A DNA stretch of 64,000 bases from an uncultured Acidobacteriota bacterium (GCA_963773905.1 CAVZDB010000001.1:151429-215428); one strand, 5' to 3'; shown: positions 32,161 to 44,670, counted from the first letter of the stretch. The notes: generated by a model not told the origin, from the letters alone. A program made the numbers and translations.

Positions 32161-33726
32161 ATGGTTGCGCCTTTGAAGGATAGCTCAGACATAATCGCCC
32201 CCGCAGTGAATCGAGCGCGCTGGAGCTCCCGGACGGCCGCCCTCGGGGCGGCGGGGGGGACTTTTCTCCTCCTGGTTCTGAGTCTGGCTCTGAACGCCGG
32301 ATGCGCGAGCCAGCCGGCCAAGCCGCAAGCCTCAACCACCGCGCCGCCCGCCGCCAAGTGCCGCGGCACGATCGGGCTCGAGGTCATTCCGATGTCCAAG
32401 TCGACCCGGCAGACGCTCGGTCTCGACAAAGACTCGAAGGGCGCGGTCGTGTCGTCGGTCATGCCCGGAGGGCCGTCGGCCGCGGCCGGGATCCAGGTCG
32501 GCGACGTCGTGGAGGCGATCGGCGACACGCGCGTGACGAACGACTGCGAGTACGCGAAGTGGGCGTACGGCCGCGTCTGCGAGCCCGTCAAGATCCGGCT
32601 CCGCCGCGGCGGCGACATCGTCGAGCTCAACCTCGTGCCGGTCGACCAGAAGGCCTTCCTGGACAAGGTGTGCGCGGGAGGCAACCTCGACGCCTGCTTC
32701 CGCAGCGCCTGGCTGGATTGGGATCGGCACCATCCGGACGCGCGCTCGCTCGACGCCTTCACCACCGCCTGCACGAAGGGATCCGGCGAGGCGTGCGCCT
32801 ACGAGGGCCTCATCCTGAGCGACGACCCGCAGCGCGAGAAGGATTCTCTCGCGCCACTCCAGCGCGCGTGCGAGCTCGACAGCGCGGGGGGCTGCGCGAC
32901 CCTCGCGTTCCTGTACGCGACCGCCAAGACGGTCGCGAAGGACGACCGCAAGGCCGCCGAGCTCTACCGCAAGAGCTGCGATCTCGGCGACGCGCAGGGC
33001 TGCTACAACGCCGCGCTGATGGCCGACGAGGGCCGCGGCGTGCAGCGCGACGCGGTCCGCGCGGCGTCCGACTACGAGGAGGCCTGCCAGCTCGGCAGCT
33101 CGACCGCCTGCACCAACCTCGGCTACGTGTACGAGAACGGCAAGGGCGTCCGGCAGGACAAGTTCCTCGCGCTCGCGAACTACGAGCGCGGCTGCGACGG
33201 CTCCGCGTGCCAGCCCTCGAACCTCGGCGGCTGCCTGAACGTCGGCCGCGCCTACCGCGACGGCATCGGCACGGCGAAGGACGAGGCCAAGGCCGCGGAG
33301 ATCTTCCGCGAGGCCTGCGACCGCAAGGAGAACAAGGACGACATCCACTCCGCCGAGAACGGCGCGCGGGCCTGTTCGCTCCTCGGCGGCCTGTACCTCG
33401 CCGGAGACGGAGTCGCGAAGGACCTCGCGCAGGGACGCGAGCTCTCGCAGCTCGGCTGCCAGCGCGGCGACTCGTTCGGCTGCTTCAACGCGGCCGTCGT
33501 CTACGCCGGCGGCCAGGGCGTGGACAAGGATCCCGCCAAAGCCGCGGACTACTACGACCAAGCCTGCAAGGCCGGAGACGGGGAGGCATGCCACGAGCTC
33601 GCCGCCGCCTACGCGAAGGGCCACGGCGTCGCGAAGGACACCAAGCTCTCCAAGTCGCTCGATCAGAAGGCCTGCGAGCTCGGCTTCGAAGCGGCCTGCC
33701 CCAAGAAGGGGAAGAAAAAGTCCTAG
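32161..33726 (+). CDS. PDZ domain + Sel1-like repeat (SLR) lipoprotein
   Basis: Lipobox LALNAGC and PDZ motif GIQVGDVVEAIGD, then about 8 Cys-bracketed Sel1-type repeats (A..YY..AC..GD..GC..L). The start is ATG 32161 or GTG 32206. Confidence 0.85.
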   Translation: MVAPLKDSSDIIAPAVNRARWSSRTAALGAAGGTFLLLVLSLALNAGCASQPAKPQASTTAPPAAKCRGTIGLEVIPMSKSTRQTLGLDKDSKGAVVSSVMPGGPSAAAGIQVGDVVEAIGDTRVTNDCEYAKWAYGRVCEPVKIRLRRGGDIVELNLVPVDQKAFLDKVCAGGNLDACFRSAWLDWDRHHPDARSLDAFTTACTKGSGEACAYEGLILSDDPQREKDSLAPLQRACELDSAGGCATLAFLYATAKTVAKDDRKAAELYRKSCDLGDAQGCYNAALMADEGRGVQRDAVRAASDYEEACQLGSSTACTNLGYVYENGKGVRQDKFLALANYERGCDGSACQPSNLGGCLNVGRAYRDGIGTAKDEAKAAEIFREACDRKENKDDIHSAENGARACSLLGGLYLAGDGVAKDLAQGRELSQLGCQRGDSFGCFNAAVVYAGGQGVDKDPAKAADYYDQACKAGDGEACHELAAAYAKGHGVAKDTKLSKSLDQKACELGFEAACPKKGKKKS

Positions 33727-33852
33727 CGCGCTGCGGGCAGGGGCCTCGGCCCCGTCCTGCGCACCTATCGCCTGGCCGGCTCCGGCGATAGAATCCCCGG
33801 CCAGCTTTCGAAGAATTTGCTTCGAATTAATTTTTAGGAAGTGGAGGGATCC

Positions 33853-34317
33853 ATGAAAACACGCTCGATCCTCGGGTCTCTGGTACTCGTCCTGGCCGGC
33901 GCCGCCCTGTGCGTCGCCGCGGATCTCAACATGGGCACCTGGAAGCTCAACGAGGCCAAGTCGAAGTTCGGCGCCGGGGCGACGAAGAATCACACGGTCG
34001 TCTACGAGATGGACGGCGACGACGTGAAGGTCACGGTCGATGGCGTCGACAAGGACGGCAAGGCGATGCACAACGTGTGGGTCGGCAAGTACGACGGCAA
34101 GGACTATCCCGTCAAGGGCGAGAGCGCATACGACACGCGCGCCTATACGAAGATCAACGACCACACCCTGAACATGACGATCAAGAAGGACGGCAAGGTC
34201 GTCGCGTCGGGCACGATCACCGTCTCGGCGGACGGCAAATCCCGCATGGTCAAGACCTCGGCGACCGACCCGAAGGTGATGGGAATGGACCAGGCGGCGG
34301 TTTACGACAAGAAGTAG
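33853..34317 (+). CDS. small secreted beta-rich protein, unknown function
   Basis: GGAGGGA SD and signal peptide MKTRSILGSLVLVLAGAALCVA; 154 aa. Confidence 0.75.
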   Translation: MKTRSILGSLVLVLAGAALCVAADLNMGTWKLNEAKSKFGAGATKNHTVVYEMDGDDVKVTVDGVDKDGKAMHNVWVGKYDGKDYPVKGESAYDTRAYTKINDHTLNMTIKKDGKVVASGTITVSADGKSRMVKTSATDPKVMGMDQAAVYDKK

Positions 34318-34342
34318 AAGAGATTCGATCATCGGGCCGGCA

Positions 34343-34372
34343 GCCCCCTCCGCACGGAGGGGGCTTTTTCTT
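34343..34372 (+). terminator. rho-independent terminator
   Basis: GCCCCCTCCG-CA-CGGAGGGGGC followed by TTTTTCTT, 25 nt after the stop. Confidence 0.85.
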
Positions 34373-34411
34373 GTGCGCGATATCCTTCGCCGCACGAACT
34401 CGGAGGAATCG

Positions 34412-35689
34412 ATGCTGAAGAGAATCCGCACCGCCTTCTCGGCGCTCGCCCTGCTTCTTTTCGCCGCCGCCGCGCTCCGCGCCCAGGTCACCGCGATCCG
34501 CGCGGGCCAGCTCGTGGACCCGTCCAACGCCTCGATCGCGGTGAACCAGGTCATCCTCGTCGAGGGCGGCAAGATCGCGGCGGTCGGCCCGGCCTCCTCC
34601 GTGGCGATCCCGCCGAACGCGCAGGTCGTGGACCTCTCGAAGCGCGCGGTGATGCCGGGCTTCTTCGACGTGCACACGCATCTCTGCCTGAATCTCAGGA
34701 CCCAGGGCGGCGCCGGCCTCTCCGAGCTCCTCTCGCGGCTGCTCGCCGCCACCGCGATCGAGACGACGGCGTACCGCTCGATCGAGGGCGTGTCGAACGC
34801 GCTCGAGATGCTGCGCTCCGGATTCACGACGGTGCGCGACGTCGGCAATGCCGGCAACTACGCGGATACGGCGCTGCGGCGCGCGATCGAGGACGGGCTC
34901 GTTCCGGGTCCCACGGTCGTCAACGCGGGCCGCATCATCACGCCGTACGGCGGCCAGTACCACGGCATCCCGCCGGAGCGCGCCGACATCGGGATCCCGG
35001 AGTACCTCTACGCCGACACGCCCGACGAGATGCGCAAGGCCGTCCGCGAAAACGTCACGTTCGGAGCGAAGGTCATCAAGATCGTCGTCGACGACCAGCC
35101 GTACCTCTACTCGGCCGACGACGTCCGCGTCCTCGTGAAGGAGGCGGCCGCCGCGGGTCTCAAGGTCGCCGCGCACTGCGCCACGGACGCCGGCGCGCGA
35201 GCCGCCGCGGAGGGCGGCGTCGCGTCGGTCGAGCACGCGTATCGGGCGACGAACCCGACCCTCGAGCTCATGAAGGCGAAGGGGACGTATCTCGTCGGCA
35301 CCGACTTCACGCGCCAGGCCTCGCACGAGATGGGCATGGACGAGTACCACGACTGGGTCATCGACCGACTGAAGCGCGCGTACCAGATCGGCGTCCCCGT
35401 CGCGTTCGGCACCGACGTCTGCTTCGTGAAGGACGGCGAGACCCGCGGCACCCTCTCGATCGAGTTCATCACGAGCTTCGTAGAGGCCGGCGTGAAACCC
35501 GCGCAGATTCTCCAGGCGATGACCGTCAGCGCCGCGAAGCTCATGGGAATGGAGAAGGAGCGCGGCGCGATCGCCGTCGGCTACGCCGCCGACCTCGTCG
35601 CGACGGCGGAGAATCCTCTCCAGAACATCGATACCGTCCGCCACGTCACGTTCGTGATGAAGGGCGGGAGAGTGATCCGGAACGACTGA
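34412..35689 (+). CDS. amidohydrolase-family protein (secreted)
   Basis: GGAGGA SD, signal peptide, HxH motif FFDVHTHL, and the later VAAHC and SVEHA motifs. ATG 34412 chosen because the upstream GTG 34373 falls just past the terminator, in its T-tract. Confidence 0.9.
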   Translation: MLKRIRTAFSALALLLFAAAALRAQVTAIRAGQLVDPSNASIAVNQVILVEGGKIAAVGPASSVAIPPNAQVVDLSKRAVMPGFFDVHTHLCLNLRTQGGAGLSELLSRLLAATAIETTAYRSIEGVSNALEMLRSGFTTVRDVGNAGNYADTALRRAIEDGLVPGPTVVNAGRIITPYGGQYHGIPPERADIGIPEYLYADTPDEMRKAVRENVTFGAKVIKIVVDDQPYLYSADDVRVLVKEAAAAGLKVAAHCATDAGARAAAEGGVASVEHAYRATNPTLELMKAKGTYLVGTDFTRQASHEMGMDEYHDWVIDRLKRAYQIGVPVAFGTDVCFVKDGETRGTLSIEFITSFVEAGVKPAQILQAMTVSAAKLMGMEKERGAIAVGYAADLVATAENPLQNIDTVRHVTFVMKGGRVIRND

Positions 35690-35748
35690 CTCTGGCCGGC
35701 GTTCCCGAGGAGCAATTTCGTCTGTCACCCCGAGGGGCGAATTCCCCT

Positions 35749-35839
35749 GTCATCCTGAGGAGCGAAGCGACGGAGGATCCCGTATTTCATAGCGACAGAG
35801 GCAATCGAGTTCGGGATCCTTCGCTTCGATCAGGATGAC
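35749..35839. repeat. family A palindromic element
   Basis: GTCATCCTGAGGAGCGAAGCGACGGAGGATCCCG ... CGGGATCCTTCGCTTCGATCAGGATGAC, with a partial extra arm at 35724-35741. Confidence 0.85.
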
Positions 35840-35888
35840 ACCGAAAGGCCGGCCGCAACCTCCCCGCCGTTCTCGCGTACAACAAGCC

Positions 35889-36839
35889 ATGCCGCCTCTC
35901 ACCCGCCGCCGCCTCCTGGGTTCTCTCGGCGCCGCGGGGCTCGCCTACGGCCTGCGTCCCGCGCGCGCCTTCGCCTATCCTCCACCGGAGGTCGCCCATC
36001 CCGGCCCGCTCGTCACGAGGCCCATCCCGTCGAGCCAAAGCGGCGAGCCGCTGCCGCTCGTCGGTCTCGGCAGCTGGATCACCTTCAACGTCGGCGACGA
36101 TCCCGCCGGGCGCGATTCCTGCGCCGAGGTCATGCGCGCCTTCTTCGCCGGGGGCGGACGGCTCATCGACTCCTCGCCGATGTACGGCTCCTCGCAGGAG
36201 GTCATCGGCTACGGGCTGAAGAAGCTCGGCCATCCGCAGGCACTCTTCGCGGCGACCAAGGTCTGGATCAACTCGGGCGCGAAGGGACCGGAGCAGATCG
36301 AGGAGTCGCGCCGGCTTTGGGACGTCCCGCGCTTCGACCTGCTCCAGGTCCACAACGTGATGGCGTGGGAGGAGCACCTGCCGACGCTCTTCGCGATGAA
36401 GAAGGCGGGCAAGCTGCGCTACGTCGGCGTCACGACCTCCGACGGCCGGCGCCACGACGAGATCGAGAAGATCATGCGGACTCAGCCGATCGACTTCGTG
36501 CAGATCTCCTACAACGTGCTCGACCGGGAGATCGAGGAGCGGATCCTGCCCCTCGCCCAGGAGCGGAAGATCGGGATCATCTGCAACCGTCCGCTTCGGC
36601 GCGGCGATCTCATCCGCCGCGTCGAGCACGCTCCGCTGCCGTCCTGGGCCGCCGAGATCGACTGCGCGAACTGGGCGCAGATCCTCTTGAAGTTCATCGT
36701 CTCGCATCCGGCCGTGACGTGCGCCATCCCGGCGACGAGCCGCGTCGACCACGTCCGGCAGAACGTCGGCGCCTCGTACGGCCGCATGCCGGATCAGGCC
36801 ATGCGCCGCCGGATCGTCGAGGCGGTCGAGAAGATCTGA
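35889..36839 (+). CDS. aldo/keto reductase with twin-arginine signal peptide
   Basis: MPPLTRRRLLGSLGAAGLAYGLRPARA Tat motif, then an AKR body (DSSPMYG...LLQVHN). The longer ORF start at 35835 lies inside the family A repeat. Confidence 0.85.
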   Translation: MPPLTRRRLLGSLGAAGLAYGLRPARAFAYPPPEVAHPGPLVTRPIPSSQSGEPLPLVGLGSWITFNVGDDPAGRDSCAEVMRAFFAGGGRLIDSSPMYGSSQEVIGYGLKKLGHPQALFAATKVWINSGAKGPEQIEESRRLWDVPRFDLLQVHNVMAWEEHLPTLFAMKKAGKLRYVGVTTSDGRRHDEIEKIMRTQPIDFVQISYNVLDREIEERILPLAQERKIGIICNRPLRRGDLIRRVEHAPLPSWAAEIDCANWAQILLKFIVSHPAVTCAIPATSRVDHVRQNVGASYGRMPDQAMRRRIVEAVEKI

Positions 36840-36919
36840 GTCGCGCCGAGCGCTTGCACGTCCCTTCCGCCGCACGGTGATAGCCTCCCCGCCAGTTTCT
36901 CTCAACAAGGAGGCAACCG

Positions 36920-37378
36920 ATGCGGAAGCTCGCTTTGGCAATCGCTCTGTCCCTCGTGTTCGCGGGGACGGTCCATGCACAGGGAGCTCAGGGAGCGCCC
37001 TCGACGCCGGTCTTCGTGGCGGCGGCCGACATGAAGTGGACCGACCTCGATCCGGCCGGCGCGCCGGGCGTCAAGATCGTGGATCTGTGGGGAGATCACA
37101 CCAAGGGCGCGTTCGGCTCGCTGGTCAAGTTCCCGGCCGGGTTCACGGCGCCCCTGCACACGCACACCAATACGTTCAAGATCCTCGTCGTCTCGGGCAC
37201 GTTCGTGCAGACGCCGGAGGGCAAGGGCGAGACACGGCTGGGAGCCGGCTCCTACATCCTGCAGCCCGGCGGCAACTACCGGCACACGACGGGATGCGAC
37301 AAGGCCTCCGAATGCGTGTTCCTCACCCAGGCCGACGGAAAGTTCGACCTGATCCCGGTGACCGGACCCAAGAAGTAG
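36920..37378 (+). CDS. secreted cupin-domain protein (DUF4437-like)
   Basis: AAGGAGG SD, signal peptide, and a FPAGFTAPLHTHTNTFKILVVSG cupin motif. Confidence 0.8.
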   Translation: MRKLALAIALSLVFAGTVHAQGAQGAPSTPVFVAAADMKWTDLDPAGAPGVKIVDLWGDHTKGAFGSLVKFPAGFTAPLHTHTNTFKILVVSGTFVQTPEGKGETRLGAGSYILQPGGNYRHTTGCDKASECVFLTQADGKFDLIPVTGPKK

Positions 37379-37427
37379 CCGGCCGAGGAACGGTGCGCGC
37401 GGCCGGCGCGCGGAGGGGGCATCTCTG

Positions 37428-38117
37428 ATGTCCGAGTGGTCGACGTATACCTTTCGCGACCTGCTCCTCTTCTCCGCGCGAACCTACGACCGCCTCTTCG
37501 AGATCTACAACGCCGCGATCTGGCCCGCACAGGTCGCGGCGCTTCTTCTGGGGGCCGCGATCCTGTGGCTTCTGCTCCGGCGCGACGGGAGAGGGGCGGC
37601 GCGGGGGGCGTTCGCGATCCCGGCGATCCTTGCAGCGGGCTGGCTCTGGATCGGCGTCGCGTTCCTCGCGAAGCGCTACGCCACGATCAACTGGTCGGCC
37701 GGGTACTTCGCGTGGGCGTTCGGCGCCGAGGCGGCGCTGCTGCTCGTCTTCGCCGTCATTCGCCCCGGCCTCGCGTTCGAGAGCCCAGCCGATCTGCGCG
37801 GCCGAATCGGGCTCGGCATCTTCCTGCTCGCGTTCGTGGCGCTGCCCCTCGTCGATGCACTGCTCGGCCGCGGCTGGAGAGGTTGCCAGCTCTTCCTGCT
37901 CTGCCCCGATCCGACCGTGATTGGGACCCTCGGGCTTCTCCTCTGCGCGGTTCCTCGCGGCCGCCGCTCGCTGCTAATGATCATTCCCGTTCTCTGGTGC
38001 CTCTACACCGCGATCTTCCTCCTCGCGATGAAATCGCCGGTGTGGTGGATCGCGCCGCTCGCGGCGGGACTCGTAGTTATCTCGACGCGCTTGCCCCTGC
38101 GTCGCAACAATAGGTAG
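37428..38117 (+). CDS. DUF6064-like integral membrane protein
   Basis: MSEWSTYTFRDLLLFSARTYDRLFEIYNAAIWP, then about 6 TM helices. Confidence 0.75.
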   Translation: MSEWSTYTFRDLLLFSARTYDRLFEIYNAAIWPAQVAALLLGAAILWLLLRRDGRGAARGAFAIPAILAAGWLWIGVAFLAKRYATINWSAGYFAWAFGAEAALLLVFAVIRPGLAFESPADLRGRIGLGIFLLAFVALPLVDALLGRGWRGCQLFLLCPDPTVIGTLGLLLCAVPRGRRSLLMIIPVLWCLYTAIFLLAMKSPVWWIAPLAAGLVVISTRLPLRRNNR

Positions 38118-38149
38118 CAGAGAGCCCGTGCTAGGTTCGCGAGGAAGAC

Positions 38150-38497
38150 ATGGATCGTGAAACGGCCGAGGAAGTCTCTCGGCGACTCGACGCCTTCGGA
38201 GGACGTTTGCTGGATGCGTTCGGCGAACGTTTGGGGTCCGAGATCCGCTCCGTGCGGGAAGAGATCCGCTCCGTGCGGGAGGAGCTCGGAACGGACATTC
38301 AGGAGAGCCGCCGCCGCACCGACGTCCTCGGCGAGGACCTGCGGTCGCAAATCCGGCTCGTTGCGGAAGGCCTTCAAGGCTTCCGTGAAGAGACGGCGCT
38401 GGAGTTCAAGGCGGTCCGCGACGAAATCGCCGAGACGCGCAATCATGATCCGCCTCTCGTTCAACGACCTCGATCGCCGCATACGCTCGTAGTGTGA
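38150..38497 (+). CDS. coiled-coil protein, unknown function; 3' end possibly frameshifted
   Basis: Heptad-like Arg/Glu-rich sequence with an in-frame 21-bp tandem duplication (EIRSVRE x2). The neighbouring frame gives a more protein-like end, ...AIMIRLSFNDLDRRIRS* (stop at 38490-38492). Confidence 0.55.
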   Translation: MDRETAEEVSRRLDAFGGRLLDAFGERLGSEIRSVREEIRSVREELGTDIQESRRRTDVLGEDLRSQIRLVAEGLQGFREETALEFKAVRDEIAETRNHDPPLVQRPRSPHTLVV

Positions 38498-38644
38498 TCC
38501 GGCGCACGCCGACACCGCACAGAGCGTTGCACACGCTCCGACGCTGACGTCCGCTCTGCTACACTCGCAATCAAGCCAAACTCATCGCCTCGCCAATCTT
38601 CGGATCGAAAACCGCCGAAGCAACCTTCTGCACTGGAGGCCTCG

Positions 38645-39541
38645 ATGAAGCGCTCGCTCGGATCCCTGTCCGCACTCGGAGTCGGAGCCCTGTCGGCAGT
38701 GTTCCTCCTCGCTCCGGAACCGGCCGCGGCTCGGTCCGGCTTCCACCGCCTTCCCTCGAACGGCGCCACGGTCCGCGATCTCGTCGGCAAGCTTCCGAAG
38801 AGAGACGGCGTGCAGGCCCGGACGAAGGTGATCGGCCTCGACTCGGCCGACACCGCCTTCCTCTTCGCGGCGGCGGGAAGCGTGCAGGGAGCGGGCGGCA
38901 CGTACTTTCGCTCGGACGTCACGATCATCAACCACCGCAATGCGGACCAGATCATCGCCGTCGGCTGGCTCGCCCAGGGCGTGGACAACAGCAACGACCC
39001 GGTTCAGCTCTTCACCATCCCGGCGCGGACGCCGGTCATCCTCGCCGACTTCGTCGCGCAGACGCTCGGGAAGAGCGGCCTCGGCGCCGTGCTCGTCCTC
39101 GCGCAGACCTCGAGCGGCGCCGCCGACTCGGGCGCGCAGCTCGACGGCTTCTCGCGCATCTGGACGAATCAGCCCGGAGCGCAGGGCACCGTCTCGCAGG
39201 GCTTCCCGTCGGTCTCCATCATCGACTCGGTCGGCTCGCCGACCGCGTTCGCGCTCGGCAACCGCCACGACAGTCAGTACCGCACGAATGTCGGCGTGGT
39301 GAACCTGGACACGGTCTCGCACACGTGGGAAGTCGGGATCAACGGGCTCAACGGATCGAACACGTTCTCGATCACGGTACCGCCGGTTTCGATGAAGCAG
39401 GCGTCGCTTCCCAGCGGCAACTACGGAGACCTCGCCCTGTCGTTCGACACCACGGGCTCGGGGTTCTACTGGAGTGCGTACGGCGCGTCGGTGGACAACA
39501 TCTCGGGCGACAGCTGGTCCGCGCACGCGTCGCAGCCCTAG
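38645..39541 (+). CDS. secreted hypothetical protein (beta-rich)
   Basis: Signal peptide MKRSLGSLSALGVGALSAVFLLAPEPAAA; 298 aa; GC3-rich. I recognise no family. Confidence 0.72.
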   Translation: MKRSLGSLSALGVGALSAVFLLAPEPAAARSGFHRLPSNGATVRDLVGKLPKRDGVQARTKVIGLDSADTAFLFAAAGSVQGAGGTYFRSDVTIINHRNADQIIAVGWLAQGVDNSNDPVQLFTIPARTPVILADFVAQTLGKSGLGAVLVLAQTSSGAADSGAQLDGFSRIWTNQPGAQGTVSQGFPSVSIIDSVGSPTAFALGNRHDSQYRTNVGVVNLDTVSHTWEVGINGLNGSNTFSITVPPVSMKQASLPSGNYGDLALSFDTTGSGFYWSAYGASVDNISGDSWSAHASQP

Positions 39542-39616
39542 GCCTCAGTTCTCGCTTTCCTTGCGGTTTCCGGATTTCCTGTCGCGCCGGCTCGCCGCTT
39601 GCATAAAATCCTCTCG

Positions 39617-40089
39617 ATGCCGTCGGTGTCTCTGACCGTCAACGGGCGGACACGGCGAGTCGACGCCCCGCCCGAGGAAACGCTTCTCTCGGTCCTCCGC
39701 AATCGCCTCGACCTCACGGGCGCCAAGTACGGGTGCGGCGAGGGCCAGTGTGGCGCGTGCATGGTGCTGGTCGACGGCGCGGCCGTCCCCTCCTGCCAGA
39801 CGACGGTCGCGGAAGCCAAGGGCAAGAGGATCGTCACGATCGAGGGTCTTGGGGACGCCCAGAAGGACCACCTGCATCCCGTCCAGGCCGCCTTCCTGGA
39901 GGCCGAGGCGTTCCAGTGCGGCTACTGCACGTCGGGGATGATCGTCGCCTCGGTCGCGCTCCTGACGTCGAACCCCAGCCCGAGTCCCGACGACGTCGTG
40001 AGCACGCTCGCGCGCAACGTCTGCCGGTGCGGGACCTACCCGCGCATTCTCGCGGCGGTGCAGGCGGCCGCGAAGAAGGGGAAGGCGAC

Positions 40090-40093
<4 letters not shown>
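39617..40093 (+). CDS. (2Fe-2S)-binding small subunit of a molybdopterin oxidoreductase (IorA/aldehyde dehydrogenase type)
   Basis: CGEGQCGACMVLVDG and FQCGYCTSGM cluster motifs. Confidence 0.9.
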
Positions 40094-42418
<2,325 letters not shown>

Positions 42419-42428
42419 ACTGTCCGCC

Positions 42429-42561
42429 GTCATCCTGACCCTGAGCGGAGCGAAGGGGAGGATCCCGGACTCGATCACCGTGACGGTTCCAAAGCACGGG
42501 ATCCTTCGTCGCTCGCTTCGCTCCGCTCCTAAGGATGACGGGCGGAATCGCTCGGGATGAC
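42429..42561. repeat. family A palindromic element plus an extra half-arm
   Basis: GTCATCCTGACCCTGAGCGGAGCGAAGGGGAGGATCCCG ... CGGGATCCTTCGTCGCTCGCTTCGCTCCGCTCCTAAGGATGAC, followed by CGCTCGGGATGAC. Starts 11 nt after the upstream stop. Confidence 0.85.
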
Positions 42562-42610
42562 AGGCGGATCCCCACTCGCGATACCCTCTCCTCAAAAGGA
42601 AGCCTCACAA

Positions 42611-44670
42611 ATGACGCGACTGACCCGACTCGCCCTGGCGACCTGTGTGCTCCTCGGGCTCCTCTTCCTCTTCTCCGCCCCCGCCGCGTCGGCCTTCGAC
42701 GAGGACTCGCTCATCAAGGACCACGTCAAGACGCTCGCGAAGGACAAGGACCCGAAGGAGCGAGCGTCGGCGGCGCACTGGCTCGGCGGCCGCAAGCAGC
42801 CCGTGGCCGTCGCGGCGCTCGCCGCCGCGCTGTCGGATCCGGACGCGACGGTCCGCCAGGCCGCGGCCTCCGCTCTCTGGGACACCGGCAAGGATGCCGC
42901 CGCGGCGAAGCCGGAGCTGCAGAGGGCGCTCGCCGACCGCGACGCGGCCGTCGTGGCGCGAGCCGCAGGCGCGCTCGCGGCGATGGACGTGCCGGACGCC
43001 GAGCTCACCGACGCGTGGCGCCGGGCGCTCGACGGCGCCCACGACGACGCCACGGCGTTCCTCGCGGCGCGCGGCCTCATCGGGTTCGATCCCGCCGACA
43101 AGCTCGCGCCGCCGATCCTGACCTACCTCGAGAAGAACGCCGACCGCGCGGCCCATCCGCCGAAGGGCGTCTCGAACCTCGACTACCGCGACAGCGCGGA
43201 GCACGCGGGGAAGGCGCTCGAGGGGCTCCTCCAGAAGGACGCCGGACCGGTCCTGCCGCTCCTCGACAAGACCGTCCGCCGCACCCCCGAATCCGGCAAG
43301 TACGTCTTCGGCGCGCTCGCGCACGTCCCCAGGCTGCCTGCCGGGACGGTCGACCTCGCGCTCGCGCACACGCATTCCGAGGACGAAGACACGCGCGCCG
43401 CCGCGATCGCGCTCGCGGGCAAGGTCACCGCCGAGCGCGAAGCGGCGAAGTGGATCCCCGAGGCGATCCGCCTCCTCGGCGACCGCGAGGAGGGCGTCCG
43501 CAGCGCGTCGATCTGGGCGCTGCGCGGAGTGAAGGGCCTCGCGCACGACGCGGCGCCGGAGCTCGCACGCCTGGTCGCGTCGGGACGCGAGTCGTCTCGC
43601 CTGCGCGAGAGCGCCGCGGAGGCCCTCGAGGAGATCGGCAACCAGGCGAACCCGATCGCGAAGGCCGACAAGATCGCCGTCGCGACAGCCGCGAAGGGCG
43701 CGCTCGCCGCCGCGATGAAGGACAAGGACCACGACCTCGCGCCCGCCGCGGTCTCCGCGTACAACGTGCTCTTCATCGACACGGCCGAGGCGGTCGCGGC
43801 GCTCGCCGACGCGGCGGTCTCCGGCGCCGACGTCGCCGCGCGGCAGAAGGCGCTCCAGTGCCTGCGCAACCGGCAGGGACAGGCGAAGGGCCTCGTCGAT
43901 CAGATCCGGCCCCTGACGCAGAACGCCGACAAGAACCTCGCCGACGACGCGAAGACCGCGATCGAGTGGATCGAGCGCGGCGGCGCGGGAAGCCCCGGCG
44001 TCATCAAGGGCGGGGTCGAGAGCGGCACTGCGAGCGCCGCGAAATCCTCCTCGTCATCACCTCGCCCGGCGAAGCATGAGGGTGAGGGGGCGCGCCCTGC
44101 CGAATCCGCCTCCTCCGCGTCTCCTCCAAGCGAGGCCGCCGGCCTCGCGGCTCTGCGCGCGCGCAACCTGACCTTCGACGAGCCGAGCTTCAACCTCGCG
44201 CTGATCGCAGGCGGACGCGGAGGCGATCCGGGCCTACCTCGACGCCGGCATGTCCGCGAGCCACGTCTTCGCCGACGAGAACGAGCGCACTCCGCTGATG
44301 ATCCTCTTCTTCGGCCGGCAGGCCTGCGCACCGGGGAGCCGAGGGACGCGCGATCGTCTCGCTCCTCATCCAGCGCGGCGCGAACGTCAACGCGCAGGAC
44401 GAGAAGCAGAACACGGCTCTCATGTTCGCCGCCGACAACTGCGACCGCGAGACGCTCCGTTTGCTGCTCAAGGCGGGCGCGAAGCTCAACACGAAGAACT
44501 GGGCGGGGCTGACGGCGCTCTCGATGGGCATCGTTTCCGGCAATCCGGGACTGGAGGAGCTCATCGCCGCCGGCGCGCGCCTGGATGCCCAGACCGCGAA
44601 GGCCTACGCCGACGCGTACAAGGGAAATCCCAAGGCGCTCGCGTTGGTGAAGAAGGCGTCGCAGCCGTAG
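42611..44670 (+). CDS. secreted HEAT-like repeat + C-terminal ankyrin-repeat protein, two frame breaks
   Basis: Signal peptide MTRLTRLALATCVLLGLLFLFSAPAASA. HEAT-like units (DPDATVRQAAASALW, DRDAAVVARAAGAL, DREEGVRSASIWAL). The ankyrin part (TPLMILFF...VSLLIQRGANVNAQDEKQNTALMFAA...LLLKAGAKLNTKN..GLTAL) is reached only after +1 shifts near 44210 and 44334-44337. Confidence 0.75.

Noticed and set aside
32165-32208. Promoter (TTGCGC-19 nt-CATAAT) giving a near-leaderless GTG 32206 start for the PDZ/Sel1 gene.
   Set aside because: The -35 match and spacing are poor. The in-frame ATG at 32161 cannot be excluded, so this is kept only as a note on start-codon uncertainty.
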